Shown: one piece after another, positions 23,665 to 35,650 of the stretch | Position numbering within the stretch: the stretch's first letter is position 1 | How the letters are laid out: each line of letters opens with the position of its first letter | NCBI GenBank assembly: GCA_002269645.1 | Contig: NIVC01001662.1 | Span: forward strand, 1 to 42,744 | Direction: 5' to 3' | From: Macrostomum lignano | Taxonomy: Eukaryota | Length of the DNA: 42,744 nt | Translations under genes and position numbers: made by a program | The notes under the pieces: model-generated | What the model saw: only the letters and a program-made list of their open reading frames with translations | What the model was told of the DNA's origin: nothing | Databases searched by the model: none

Positions 23665-24118
23665 GCTCCCTTTATCCGCTCCCTCCTCCCTTATCCGCTC
23701 CCTCCTCCCTTATCCGCTCCCTCCTCCCTTATCCGCTCCCTCCTCCCTTATCCGCTCCCTCCTCCCTTATCCGCTCTCTCCTCCCTTATCCGCTCTCTCC
23801 TCTTTTATCCGCTCTCTCCTCCCTTATCCGCTCTCTCCTCCCTTATCCGCTCTCTCCTCCCTTATCCGCTCTCTCCTCACTTATCCGCTGTCTCCTCCCT
23901 TATCCGCTCCCTCCTCCCTTATCCGCTCCCTCCTCCCTTATCCGCTCCCTCCTCCCTTATCCGCTCTCTAATCTCTTATCCGCTCTCTCCTCCCTTATCC
24001 GCTCTCGCCTCTCTAATCCGCTCTCTCCTCCCTTATCCACTCTCTTCTCTCATCCGCTCTCTCCTCCCTTATCCGCTCTCTTCTCTCTTATCCGCTCTCT
24101 CCTCCCTTATCCGCTCCA
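23665..24118. repeat. 19-bp minisatellite (CCTCCCTTATCCGCTCYCT)
   Basis: Same family and orientation as 22465-22710. Confidence 0.95.
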
Positions 24119-24784
24119 AGCAGAAATCGACAAGTTAGCCATCAGGACAGCCCTGATTAAGGGCCGGCGGGGGGGGGCGGGAGAAAAATCGAATATGATA
24201 ATCCCAGGAGAAGCCGCAGACGGATCATTAAGCGAGGCCAGCAGAGAAGAGAGACCCAGCGGAATGGGCCGTGAAAAATCGTGTCCTGCCGCCTCTTAAG
24301 GCAGCGGGCGACTTCTCTCTCTTGGCGCAAACGGATGCGGACGAGAGACATACAGAAATAGATTCGCGCGGCGAGTGGCCAAGAAATCACAAAAATATCA
24401 CCCAATGCCTCCCCAGCCTCTGGGACTCTTTTTCAAGCCGTTCCCAGCTTCCGCACCTCCATCTTCTTTACCGCTCGCCTACTCCCTCTTCACTCCCCCC
24501 TCCCTGCTCCGGCTCGATCCAAGCCGAGGACTCAAGTGCTCTCTGGGACATTTCTGGGGAAATTGATTTTGTCATCAAATTTGCCACGCCCGAGCGGCCC
24601 AGCAATCCGCCGAGGCGATCCCCCACCTCAGAGCTGCGCCGCCGAATTCGCCCTAATCGGGATGCGGTCGAAAAAACACACCTCTTCAGTCTGTCCTGGG
24701 GCGGGGCGCATCCTGGATATGGGCTGCAGGCCCAGCTATGCATTGGCCGCTGAATCTCGCTCTGTAGATCTTCTCTGCGGCTGT

Positions 24785-26385
24785 TGTGACCCCCCTGCAG
24801 CTGGTGTGCCCCCCTGAAGTTGGTGTGATCCCCCTGCAGCTAGTGTGACCCCCTGCAGCTGGTGTGACCCTCCTGCAGCTGGTGTGACTCCCCTGCAGTT
24901 GGTGTGACCCCCTGCAACTGGTGTGACCCCCTGAAGTTGGTGTGACCCCCTGCAGCTGGTGTGACCCCCCTGCAGTTGGTGTGCCCCCCCCCCTGAAGTT
25001 GGTGTGATCCCCCTGCAGCTGGTGTGACCCTCCTGCAGCTGGTGTGACCCCCCTGCAGTTGGTGTGACCCCCTGCAACTGGTGTGACCCTCCTGCAGCTA
25101 GTGTGACCCCCTGCAGCTGGTGTGACCCTCCTGCAGCTGGTGTGACCCTCCTGCAGCTGGTGTGACCCTCCTGCAGCTGGTGTGACCCTCCTGCAGCTGG
25201 TGTGACCCTCCTGCAGCTGGTGTGACTCCCCTGCAGTTGGTGTGACCCCCTGCAACTGGTGTGACCCCCTGAAGTTGGTGTGACCCCCTGCAGCTGGTGT
25301 GACCCCCCTGCAGTTGGTGTGCCCCCCCTGAAGTTGGTGTGATCCCCCTGCAGCTGGTGTGACCCTCCTGCAGCTGGTGTGACCCCCCTGCAGTTGGTGT
25401 GACCCCCTGCAACTGGTGTGACCCCCTGAAGTTGGTGTGACCCCCTGCAGCTGGCGTGACCCTCCTGCAGCTGGTGTGACCCCCCTGCAGTTGGTGTGAC
25501 CCCCTGCAACTGGTGTGACCCCCTGAAGTTGGTGTGACTCCCTGCAGCTGGTGACCCCCCTGCAGTTGGTGTGACCCCCCTGCAGTTGGTGTGACCCTCC
25601 TGCAGCTGGTGTGACCCCCCTGCAGTTGGTGTGCCCCCCCCTGAAGTTGGTGTGATCCCCCTGCAGCTAGTGTGACCCCCTGCAGCTAGTGTGACCCCCC
25701 TGCAGTTGGTGTGACCCTCCTGCAGTTGGTGTGACCCCCTGCAGTTGGTGTGACCCACTTGCAGCTGGCGTGACCCCCTGCAACTGGTGTGACCCCCTGA
25801 AGTTGGTGTGACCCCCTGCAGCTGGTGTGACCCCCCTGCAGTTGGTGTGCCCCCCTGAAGTTGGTGTGATCCCCCTGCAGCTAGTGTGACCCTCCTGCAG
25901 CTGGTGTGACTCCCCTGCAGTTGGTGTGCCCCCCTGAAGTTGGTGTGATCCCCCTGCAGCTGGTGTGACCCCCTGCAGCTGGTGTGACTCCCCTGCAGTT
26001 GGTGTGCCCCCCCTGAAGTTGGTGTGATCCCCCTGCAGCTAGTGTGACCCCCTGCAGCTGGTGTGACCCCCTGCAGCTGGTGTGACCCTCCTGCAGCTGG
26101 TGTGACCCCCCTGCAGTTGGTGTGACCCTCCTGCAGCTGGTGTGACCCCCCTGCAGTTGGTGTGCCCCCCCTGAAGTTGGTGTGATCCCCCTGCAGCTAG
26201 TGTGACCCCCTGCAGCTGGTGTGACCCTCCTGCAGCTGGTGTGACTCCCCTGCAGTTGGTGTGACCCCCTGCAGTTGGTGTGACCCACTTGCAGCTGGCG
26301 TGACCCTTCTGCAGCTGGTGTGACCCCCTGCATCTGGTGTGACCCCCCTGCAGCTGGTGTGACCCTCCCGCAGCTTGGGTGACCG
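24785..26385. repeat. 19-20 bp minisatellite (GTGTGACCCCCTGCAGCTG) with higher-order blocks
   Basis: About 80 units; variants CAGCTG, CAGTTG, CAACTG and GAAGTTG recur in ordered blocks. Confidence 0.97.
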
Positions 26386-26534
26386 CAACTTCAGCGGTTC
26401 CCTTTAACTTCAGTGACCCCATTCAGCTTTTTCGACCCCCCCCCCGTAGCTTTTGGGACCCTTCCAGCTCCGGTGCCAACCTCCAGCTTCTGCGATACTT
26501 TCCTCTACGTAGAGTCTACGGCAGGTTCTCTTAC

Positions 26535-26570
26535 CCTTGTTGAAATCTCCTTCATACCCAGCGTTTCGGG
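26535..26570 (-). CDS. Calmodulin-like gene, 36-nt exon (route B), phase 1-1
   Basis: ttttaactag acceptor and g|gtaaga donor; ARNAGYEGDFNK joins in frame to ALKEAF. Confidence 0.6.
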
Positions 26571-27707
26571 CTAGTTAAAAAAGCCAATACAAAACAAGAA
26601 CCGAGGCAGAGAAATCAAAATGCCCAAAATAACCCAAAAGCAGAACAGATAACACGAGCAGCGGCAGAAGCTGATGCAGAAGAAAGCTAAGAAAGAGAGC
26701 AGCGGAGGGAGCAAATCAAAAGTACACTTTAGGAGGGAAAGGGGAAAGAAGAGACGATGGAGAAAGGGAAGGACGGAAGCAGCGAGGAGGGAGGAGAGGA
26801 CAAGCAGGGAATCGATGCGCTGAGTTCGCCAGGGAGCAGACAGTGTTGTGTTGCTGCTGGGTTGGGAGGCGGAACCCCCTGTCTTTAGCATCAAGCCACT
26901 ACACCGGACACCCGCCCACCCCGCGGCGCTCTGCCGGGCAGGTTCCCAGCGAGGGCAAAAATAGCTCCCATCACCAAAGAACAAGAAGCAAGCAGTGCCA
27001 AGGCAGATGCGGAGTCGCTCTCGCCACTGCGGGCTCAAACTCGGGCGCAAGTGCGCTGGCACCAGCGCGGCCCGGCTGCAGGCCTCTCGCTGAACTCCTA
27101 AATCCCTTGAGCAGCTGTCTGTCTCTCTAATCCCACTCTTACCAGTCATATTCCCCGTCTCTATCCCGGCCCACTCCAGTCTGCGTCCCTCTTTTATTCT
27201 CTGCAAAGTTCTCAAACCACTTGGGAGAGCTGCGGCCAGCAAACTGGGGCAGCTAAATAGCGGCGGGCCGGAGAGCCGATTAAAGCCCGAGGGGGCCGCG
27301 GCTGCGCCAACCAAGGCGGAGGGAAAAAGAAAGAGGAGAATTTTCCCCGCAGGATATTGGTCTCTCCCCATGCCCAGCAGCCCACTCTCCGCTGCGTAGC
27401 CCCAGCAACGCGCAGCTCCTCTACTAAGAGAAAGCGGCTTAAAAAAGTCAAAATGAAAAAATTCGCCATTTAATCCAGCAGGCTCGGGGCGGGGGTGTGG
27501 TGGAATTAATTCCCTGAGCAGAAAGGTGGAACCAACTCTTCCCTTGGGGAATTGAAATGAGCTGGGAACACAAAAAGTGATGGGAGACCTGGTCTGCAGG
27601 GTGTCAAATTCCATCGAGAGGCAAAACCCCGACTGCTGTACAAATCGCCATCAAAGCCCCTTGAGTTTTTGAGAAGTTTGTTGTCAGACACTCGGAAATG
27701 AGAATTC

Positions 27708-28408
27708 AGTTAGCACAGACACTTATGGTTTATCTATGGGTTACCCCTCAGCACAGACACATGGTTTATCTATGGGTTACCCCTCAGCACAGACACTTAT
27801 GATTTATCTATGGGTTACCCCTCAGCACAGACACTTATGATTTATCTATGGGTTACCCCTCAGCACAGACACTTATGATTTATCTATGGGTTACCCCTCA
27901 GCACAGACACTTATGATTTATCTGTGGGTTACCCCTCAGCACAGACACTTATGGTTTATCTATGGGTTACCCCTCAGCACAGACACTTATGGCTTATCTA
28001 TAGGTTACCCCTCAGCACAGACACTTATGGTTTATCTACCCCTCAGCACAGACACTTATGATTTATCTACCCCTCAGCACAGACACTTATGGCTTATCTA
28101 TGGGTTACCCCTCAGCGCAGACACTTATGATTTATCTGTGGGTTACCCCTCAGCGCAGACACTTATGATTTATCTGTGGGTTACCCCTCAGCGCAGACAC
28201 TTATGATTTATCTGTGGGTTACCCCTCAGCGCAGACACTTATGATTTATCTGTGGGTTACCCCTCAGCGCAGACACTTATGATTTATCTATGGGTTACCC
28301 CTCAGCGCAGACACTTATGATTTATCTGTGGGTTACCCCTCAGCGCAGACACTTATGATTTATCTACCCCTCAGCACAGACACTTATGATTTATCTGTGG
28401 GTTACCCC
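27708..28408. repeat. 38-bp minisatellite (TGGGTTACCCCTCAGCACAGACACTTATGATTTATCTA), about 18 copies
   Basis: Some 30-bp deletion units; the array ends exactly at a splice donor on the - strand. Confidence 0.97.
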
Positions 28409-28562
28409 GATCGCTGGGTTGCCCCGAATTTCCGTTGGTCTCCGCCGATTCCGCCATGGCGCCGCTGCCGCTGCCGCCGCTTCCGGTTCGGGCTTCGCGC
28501 CTTTCAATCGGCTCTGCTTGGCCACCGGGTTCGGCCTGCTGACTGCTGCTGCTGGGCCCAGC
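28406..28562 (-). CDS. Calmodulin-like gene, N-terminal exon (route B); internal ATG at 28457
   Basis: gtgacag acceptor then AGPSSSSQQAEPGG...GSGAMAESAETNGNSGQPSDR, phase-1 donor g|gtaacc; ATG context GCGCCATGG; a second acceptor at 28589 would make 28457 the start. Confidence 0.6.
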
Positions 28563-29266
28563 CTGTCACAACTGTGCACAGCCGTTTGCTGGGGCAAAGG
28601 ATAACAAGGGGGAGCGCAGACCGAGCAGCTCCCCTCTGAATGGGATTTAACCGTCGGCAGTGGGGTTGGCGGGGATTCACTTGGCCCGTGGCCTTGGCAA
28701 CAAGAGACTGGCAACGTGCTCCACCCCCTCCCCTAAGCCCTGCCAGCCAATGCTGTCTGTTTGAGAAGGCCGGCCAACCCCCATAAACCAAGAAGGCATT
28801 GACAATTTCTAGGCAATCCAATTCATGCCCGCTAGCTGCTACTTGCAGTAGAGGCGAGGCATCGATTCTGAGCAGATTGGCAGCAGCGCCTCCGCAAACA
28901 GCCGCCCCCCTATATCAACAACTTTCTGCTCAAATAGCTGGCTTGTTCCTGCCCAGCAACCGAGTGGGCAGCCCCAGCGGAAGGGAACTTCGACCCGCAG
29001 CAGGGAGAAACACGGGAGAAAACAGGCTGAGAAATTGAGGAGTCGATCGGGGGGAGCTGGGAGTTTGATTAACAGCGGGCGGCTGAAGTGCGGCAGGGGA
29101 AAGGAGCGGGGGGCGGCGGGACCCCGGGCCGGATCAATGGCGGGATCGATGCGGCCCGGATCATTTTGGCCGAATTCAAAGGAGAGGAAGGGGGAGAAAT
29201 GGGGAAATCTCTCGCAAAACTCTCGCATATTCCCGCCAACCCCCCCCCCCCACCGACCCACTTCAC

Positions 29267-29299
29267 CGCGTGAGCACGGCGGCCGGAGTCCACTCGAGA
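29267..29299 (-). CDS. Calmodulin-like gene, candidate 33-nt exon (route B), phase 0-0
   Basis: Long pyrimidine tract ending ccgcag; SRVDSGRRAHA; donor gtgaag is weak. Confidence 0.4.
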
Positions 29300-29464
29300 C
29301 TGCGGCGCATAGAATGGAGAATGCAAAGAAAAAGCTAGGATGAGGAAAACTCTGAATTTATCCCGGGGACTAAAATATTCTGACGAGCCTTCCGGCACTC
29401 GAAAAGTTTTCTGCTTGGGGAAAGCTTTTGAGTTTGGAGTTGACGAACTCTCGGGCTTGAGGAC

Positions 29465-30430
29465 TTTAGGGATTGTGAAGATTGGGGATTGTGAAGATTG
29501 GGGATTGTGAAGATTGGGGATTGTGAAGATTGGGGATTGTGAAGTTTGGGGATTGTGAAGTTTGGGGATTGTGAAGATTGGGGATTGGGAAGATTGGGGA
29601 TTGTGAAGATTGGGGATTGGGAAGATTGGGGATTGTGAAGATTGGGGATTGTGAAGATTGGGGATTGTGAAGATTGGGGATTGTGAAGATTGGGGATTGG
29701 GAAGATTGGGGATTGTGAAAATTGGGGATTGTGAAGATTGGGGATTGTGAAGATTGGGGATTGGGAAGATTGGGGATTGTGAAGATTGGGGATTGTCAAG
29801 TTTGGGGATTGTGAAGTTTGGGGATTGGGAAGATTGGGGATTGGGAAGATTGGGGATTGTGAAGATTGGGGATTGTGAAGATTGGGGATTGTGAAGATTG
29901 GGGATTGTGAAGATTGGGGATTGTGAAGATTGGGGATTTGGAAGATTGGGGATTGTGAAGATTGGGGATTGTCAAGTTTGGGGATTGTGAAGTTTGGGGA
30001 TTGGGAAGATTGGGGATTGGGGAGATTGGGGATTGTGAAGATTGGGGATTGTGAAGATTAGGGATTGTGAAGATTGGAGATTGTCAAGTTTGGGGATTGT
30101 GAAGTTTGGGGATTGGGAAGATTGGGGATTGGGAAGATTGGGGATTGTGAAGATTGGGGATTGTGAAGATTAGGGATTGTGAAGATTGGAGATTGTCAAG
30201 TTTGGGGATTGTGAAGTTTGGGGATTGGGAAGATTGGGGATTGGGAAGATTGGGGATTGTGAAGATTGGGGATTGGGAAGATTGGGGATTGTGAAGATTG
30301 GGGATTGTGAAGATTGGGGATTGGGGAGATTGGGGATTGGGAAGATTGGGGATTGGGGAGATTGGGGATTGGGGAGATTGGGGATTGAGGAGATTGGGGA
30401 TTGGGGAGATTAGGGAGATTGGGGATTGTG
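29465..30430. repeat. 16-bp minisatellite (GGGGATTGTGAAGATT), about 60 copies
   Basis: Tandem array becoming more G-rich at the right end. Confidence 0.97.
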
Positions 30431-31032
30431 GACATAAGGGATTGGGGAGTTTGGGGATAGGAGAGATTAAAAATTATGGAGGCTGGGAAATGTAAGATTG
30501 AGCAGCCGTCTACAAGAATTCTAGTAAATTCTGGAACAACGAAGAAACTGTGACGGATGCTCAGATTTCATAATTAGTGAATGAACCGATTGGGAGAAAA
30601 GCAGAAATGCCTGGCAGAAATTTTGAATTCGCATCGCTGTGCTCCCCTTTGATTAACAGAAACCAGTTCAGCAGGTCCGGCAAGTCTCATTGAGAAGCCA
30701 AAAGTGATGAAGCCAATTGCAACCAAGGCAGGAGGATGTCAGGCGGGGATTCGGGATCGCACAGGCGGAGAGGATAAAGATGAAATGCAATTGGGAGAAT
30801 TATGGTGTACGGAATACAGGAGACCATGAGATTGAAACTAAAATCCTGCGTGGGAATGAATTTTCAGGAATAAATAGACCGGAGGTGCAGGGCGAGGGCA
30901 GAGAGCGACTTCTGACGGGAAGCCCCAGCGGGACCGCCGCGATTAACGCGCCCCAACTGCACTACTTTAGTAGCAATGCTAGCATATTGACTGATGTACA
31001 ACACATAGCGGCTAACAACATCAAATTCTCAC

Positions 31033-31069
31033 CTTTCATCTGATGCGGTGAGAAATAGTTGTCGCCGTT
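31033..31069 (-). CDS. Calmodulin-like gene, 37-nt exon (route A), phase 0-1
   Basis: ctctctgatttgcag acceptor, g|gtgaga donor; NGDNYFSPHQMK + ALKEAF gives FSPHQMKALKEAF, a gap-free match to calmodulin LTEEQIAEFKEAF. Confidence 0.72.
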
Positions 31070-31269
31070 CTGCAAATCAGAGAGCAACGGATGCATGAGC
31101 ACAAGAATTGCTGCCTTCCTAAGCAACAGAGCAGTGCGAGTACAGTTTGGTACTGAGTGTTAGAATTTCAGTATTCATTTGTACTCTATCCTATCAATAT
31201 ATTCTGTCCTATGTTATTCTATCAATTGTCTATCCTACAAATAGTCTAATGTATCCTATCAGTTGTCTC

Positions 31270-32580
31270 CTACCTTATTCTATCCAGTCCTATCAATAGT
31301 CTATCCTATCCAGTCCTATCAATAGTCTATCCTATCCAGTCCTATCAATAGTCTATCCTATCCAGTTCTATCAATAGTCTATCCTATCCAATCTCATCAA
31401 TAGTCTATCCTATCCAATCTCATCAATAGTCTATCCTATCCAATCTCATCAATAGTCTATCCTATCCAGTCCTATCAATAGTCTATCCTATCCAATCCTA
31501 TCAATAGTCTATCCTATCCAATCCTATCAATAGTCTATCTTATCTAATCCTATCAATAGTCTATCCTATCCAGTCCTATCAATAGTCTATCCTATCCAAT
31601 CTCATCAATAGCCTATCCTATCCAGTCCTATCAATAGTCTATCCTATCCAATCCTATCAATAGTCTATCCTATCCAATCCTATCAATAGTCTATCCTATC
31701 CAATCCTATCAATAGTCTATCCTATCCAATCTCATCAATAGTCTATCCTATCCAATCTCATCAATAGTCTATCCTATCCAGTCCTATCAATAGTCTATCC
31801 TATCCAGTCCTATTAATAGTCTATCCTATCTAATCCTATCAATAGTCTATCCTATCCAATCCTATCAATAGTCTATCCTATCCAGTCCTATCAATAGTCT
31901 ATCCTATCCAGTCCTATCAATAGTCTATCCTATCCAATCTCATCAATAGTCTATCCTATCCAATCCTATCAATAGTCTATCCTATCCAGTCCTATCAATA
32001 GTCTATCCTATCCAGTCCTATCAATAGTCTATCCTATCCAGTTCTATCAATAGTCTATCCTATCCAATCCTATCAATAGTCTATCCTATCCAGTCCTATC
32101 AATAGTCTATCCTATCCAATCCTATCAATAGTCTATCCTATCCAATCCTATCAATAGTCTATCCTATCCAGTCCTATCAATAGTCTATCCTATCCAATCC
32201 TATCAATAGTCTATCCTATCCAGTCCTATCAATAGTCTATCCTATCCAATCCTATCAATAGTCTATCCTATCCAGTCCTATCAATAGTCTATCCTATCCA
32301 GTCCTATCAATAGTCTATCCTATCTAATCCTATCAATAGTCTATCCTATCCAATCCTATCAATAGTCTATCCTATCCAGTCCTATTAATAGTCTATCCTA
32401 TCCAGTCCTATCAATAGTCTATCCTATCCAGTTCTATCAATAGTCTATCCTATCTAATCCTATCAATAGTCTATCCTATCCAGTCCTATCAATAGTCTAT
32501 CCTATCCAATCCTATCAATAGTCTATCCTATCCAGTCCTATCAATAGTCTATCCTATCCAGTCCTATCAATAGTCTATCA
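31270..32580. repeat. 26-bp minisatellite (CTATCCTATCCAGTCCTATCAATAGT), about 50 copies
   Basis: Built from CTATC pentamers. Confidence 0.97.
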
Positions 32581-32728
32581 CTCAGCTGCCTAATCTGAGT
32601 CAGTTCCCACAAGTCCAGATGCTGCATAAAGCACTCCCTTAATCAGCTCAGTCTCAAAGCCGATTACGGATTTGAAAACAAAAAGTCCAGCTTCCTCTGA
32701 GATCAGCATTAATACTAAGCTGACTCAC

Positions 32729-32809
32729 GGCAAACTCGGGGTGCTGCTGCCGCTGCTGCTCCTCCAGACTGGCCGCTCCACCATTTGCGGACGCAGCTGA
32801 GCCCGGCGA
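32729..32809 (-). CDS. Calmodulin-like gene, candidate upstream exon (81 nt, phase 0-0)
   Basis: Pyrimidine tract ending ccaaag, donor gtgagt; SPGSAASANGGAASLEEQQRQQHPEFA joins in frame to both routes. Confidence 0.55.
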
Positions 32810-33195
32810 CTTTGGAAGGAGGGTGGGAGGGGGAAGCGAGTGAGCGATAGGGATTAAACATGATCGAATAAGCGCAGACACGCATTGGACAGTCAGCGGG
32901 ATGAATATTTCATGTCAAATACAACCAGCCGGGGTTTCTCAGCTCACGCTCCGCTGGCGAAACACGCCGGCATTGCGGCCGTGATGGATGGCCGGGCCGT
33001 CCCCGCCCGCCCCTGATCAATCCGTTCGGACAGACGGCGGGGCGCCCCAAGCACCAGGCACCGGCCAGAGTGACAGGAGTCCAGGCTGACTCAGCGACAT
33101 GCCGGCTAGCAACCAAACTTCATGGGGGTTTCTGCCCAATTACAGGAATTATTCTGCAGAAGAAATATCTTCTATCTTACTGGGGAGTGTGGAAG

Positions 33196-33630
33196 CCAGT
33201 CACTCGCTGAGTCACTGATGCATCCCCCTGCCAGTCACTCGCTGAGCCACCGATGCATCCCCCTGCCAGTCACTCGCTGAGTCACCGATGCATCCCCCTG
33301 CCAGTCACTCACTGAGTCACTGATGCATCCCCCTGTCAGTCACTCGCTGAGTCACTGATGCATCCCCCTGCCAGTCACTCACTGAGTCACTGATGCATCC
33401 CCCTGCCAGTCACTCACTGAGTCACTGATGCATCCCCCTGCCAGTCACTCACTGAGTCACTGATGCATCCCACTGCCAGTCACTCGCTGAGTCACTGATG
33501 CATCCCCCTGCCAGTCACTCACTGAGTCACTGATGCATCCCCCTGCCAGTCACTCACTGAGTCACTGATGCATCCCCCTGCCAGTCACTCGCTGAGTCAC
33601 TGATGCATCCCCCTGCCAGTCACTCGCTGA
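33196..33630. repeat. 35-bp minisatellite (CCAGTCACTCRCTGAGTCACTGATGCATCCCCCTG), 12 copies
   Basis: Near-perfect array; 11 units contain TGAGTCA. Confidence 0.97.
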
Positions 33631-34754
33631 GGTACACACTTTAACTATTACATAGATGGAGTGAAGAAGCTGGAAAGAGACTTGAATAGGGGACAGAAAG
33701 TGCTCAAAAAGAGCTCATTAGATACGGCCATGACAATCCTAAACCAGGAGACATGCTCGAACACGTGTTGCAGCCCCGGCTTAGTCAGGATGAAGGCAAG
33801 AGCAACTCCGGATACGGGGGAAATACAATAGTTCTGAGATGCCGGCAGAATGAGTGCAGCAGCAAGGCGGAGAGGCAGACTGAAATATTGGTGGGGCTGA
33901 ACCCCCCCCCCTCGCCTCCCGCTGCACTGCCAAGTCATTAGTTGCTCAGAAGCGGGCGGGTGCAGGGGGGGGGGGCAAAAGTCAAAAAGAAGATGCCTCA
34001 TTAGTGAAAACCGAATGACAGAATCTAGAAGGCGATATTAATTGGAGACCCAGGGAGAGAGCCGCTCCCAGCAACCCCAGACACAGCACACACACAGCAC
34101 ACACACACAGCTGTCAATTACTGAGACTGAACGCGCAGATCAATACAAAACACACTGCAGCCGTCACAGCTGGGCGTCAGCAGCAGACCAAATAGCAGCA
34201 CTTATTCGCTGGGGGCTGAGGGGTTGAAAACAGGCAACAGCCAACAATCGGAGCTCAGCTTAGCTGCCGATCCAGGGGCTTGAATAACCGATTGAAATAT
34301 ACAACTATGCATTTTATCGATTTAGTCCGGGCTCAAAACCACTCAAACAGGCACCTTGCTTTGCGCCCTCCAGCCCCGTCTCCCGCTTGGCCTCCCGCAC
34401 TCCCGCGTCACTGATTCAGTTTGATTAGAAATGAGCCCGGCAATTGCGGCCAGCAGTAGGTGAAGCAGTATAAGCGGCAGCGACTGCAGCTTATTATATA
34501 TATGGCTATTTTTAAACCGCCTTGGCTCAGCGATCAGTTTGGCTTCCAGCAAAAGAAAAATAATAGGAAGGTACTGTATGCAATACCGCGTCTGCACTGC
34601 AGTGCAACCGGATTGAACCGGAAGAGCCAAGCAAGGAGAACTAGAAAGAAATCTATATAAAATCTGGAGAGCAGAAACTCCTTTTCCAACCCTGGACATT
34701 TATTGTTTTTGAGCCACTATTTCAAAAGTTCTAGCAACGCCTAACGGTATTTTG

Positions 34755-35412
34755 ATTTTCGGGTTTGTGGTATTTCCGGTTTGTGATATTTCCGGTTTGT
34801 GATATTTCGGGTTTGTGGTATTTCGGGTTTGTGATATTTCGGGTTTGTGGTATTTCGGGTTTGTGATATTTCGGGTTTGTGATATTTCGGGTTTGTGGTA
34901 TTTCGGGTTTGTGATATTTCCGGTTTGTGATATTTCGGGTTTGTGATATTTCGGGTTTGTGATATTTCGGGTTTGTGATATTTCGGGTTTGTGATATTTC
35001 GGGTTTGTGGTATTTCGGGTTTGTGATATTTCGGGTTTGTGGTATTTCGGGTTTGTGGTATTTCGGGTTTGTGATATTTCGGGTTTGTGATATTTTGGGC
35101 TTGTGATATTTCGGGTTTGTGTTATTTCGGGCTTGTGATATTTCGGGTTTGTGATATTTCGGGTTTGTGATATTTCGGGCTTGTGATATTTCGGTTTTGT
35201 GGTATTTCCGGTTTGTGGTATTTCCGGTTTGTGGTATTTCCGGTTTGTGGTATTTCGGGTTTGTGATATTTCGGGTTTGTGATATTTCGGGTTTGTGATA
35301 TTTCGGGCTTGTGATATTTCGGGTTTGTGATATTTCGGGTTTGTGATATTTCGGGCTTGTGATATTTCGGTTTTGTGGTATTTCCGGTTTGTGGTATTTC
35401 CGGTTTGTGGCA
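34755..35412. repeat. 16-bp minisatellite (GATATTTCGGGTTTGT), about 40 copies
   Basis: Tandem array; source of KYHKPEI ORFs. Confidence 0.97.
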
Positions 35413-35650
35413 TTTCCAGTTTGCAATGGATGTTGCTATTTTGATTTTTTTGAGTTATGATATTTCAGATTTGTGATTTTTTGAGTTTTTAATGGCGACC
35501 CCCAGCTGGGCTATTCTACTAAATTATTTTCTTATTGTTGAAATTGTTGATTATTAGCGTTTAGAGAGTCCAAAAAAGGCTTACTAAACAAATGTTAAAG
35601 CACTAGAACAAGAGCAGAGCATAGCAACTTTTTTCTAAGTGCTCTAAATA

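Noticed and set aside
31055-31069. NGDNY in the 37-nt exon repeats NGDNY of EF3
   Set aside because: Only five residues with no flanking similarity; treated as coincidence.
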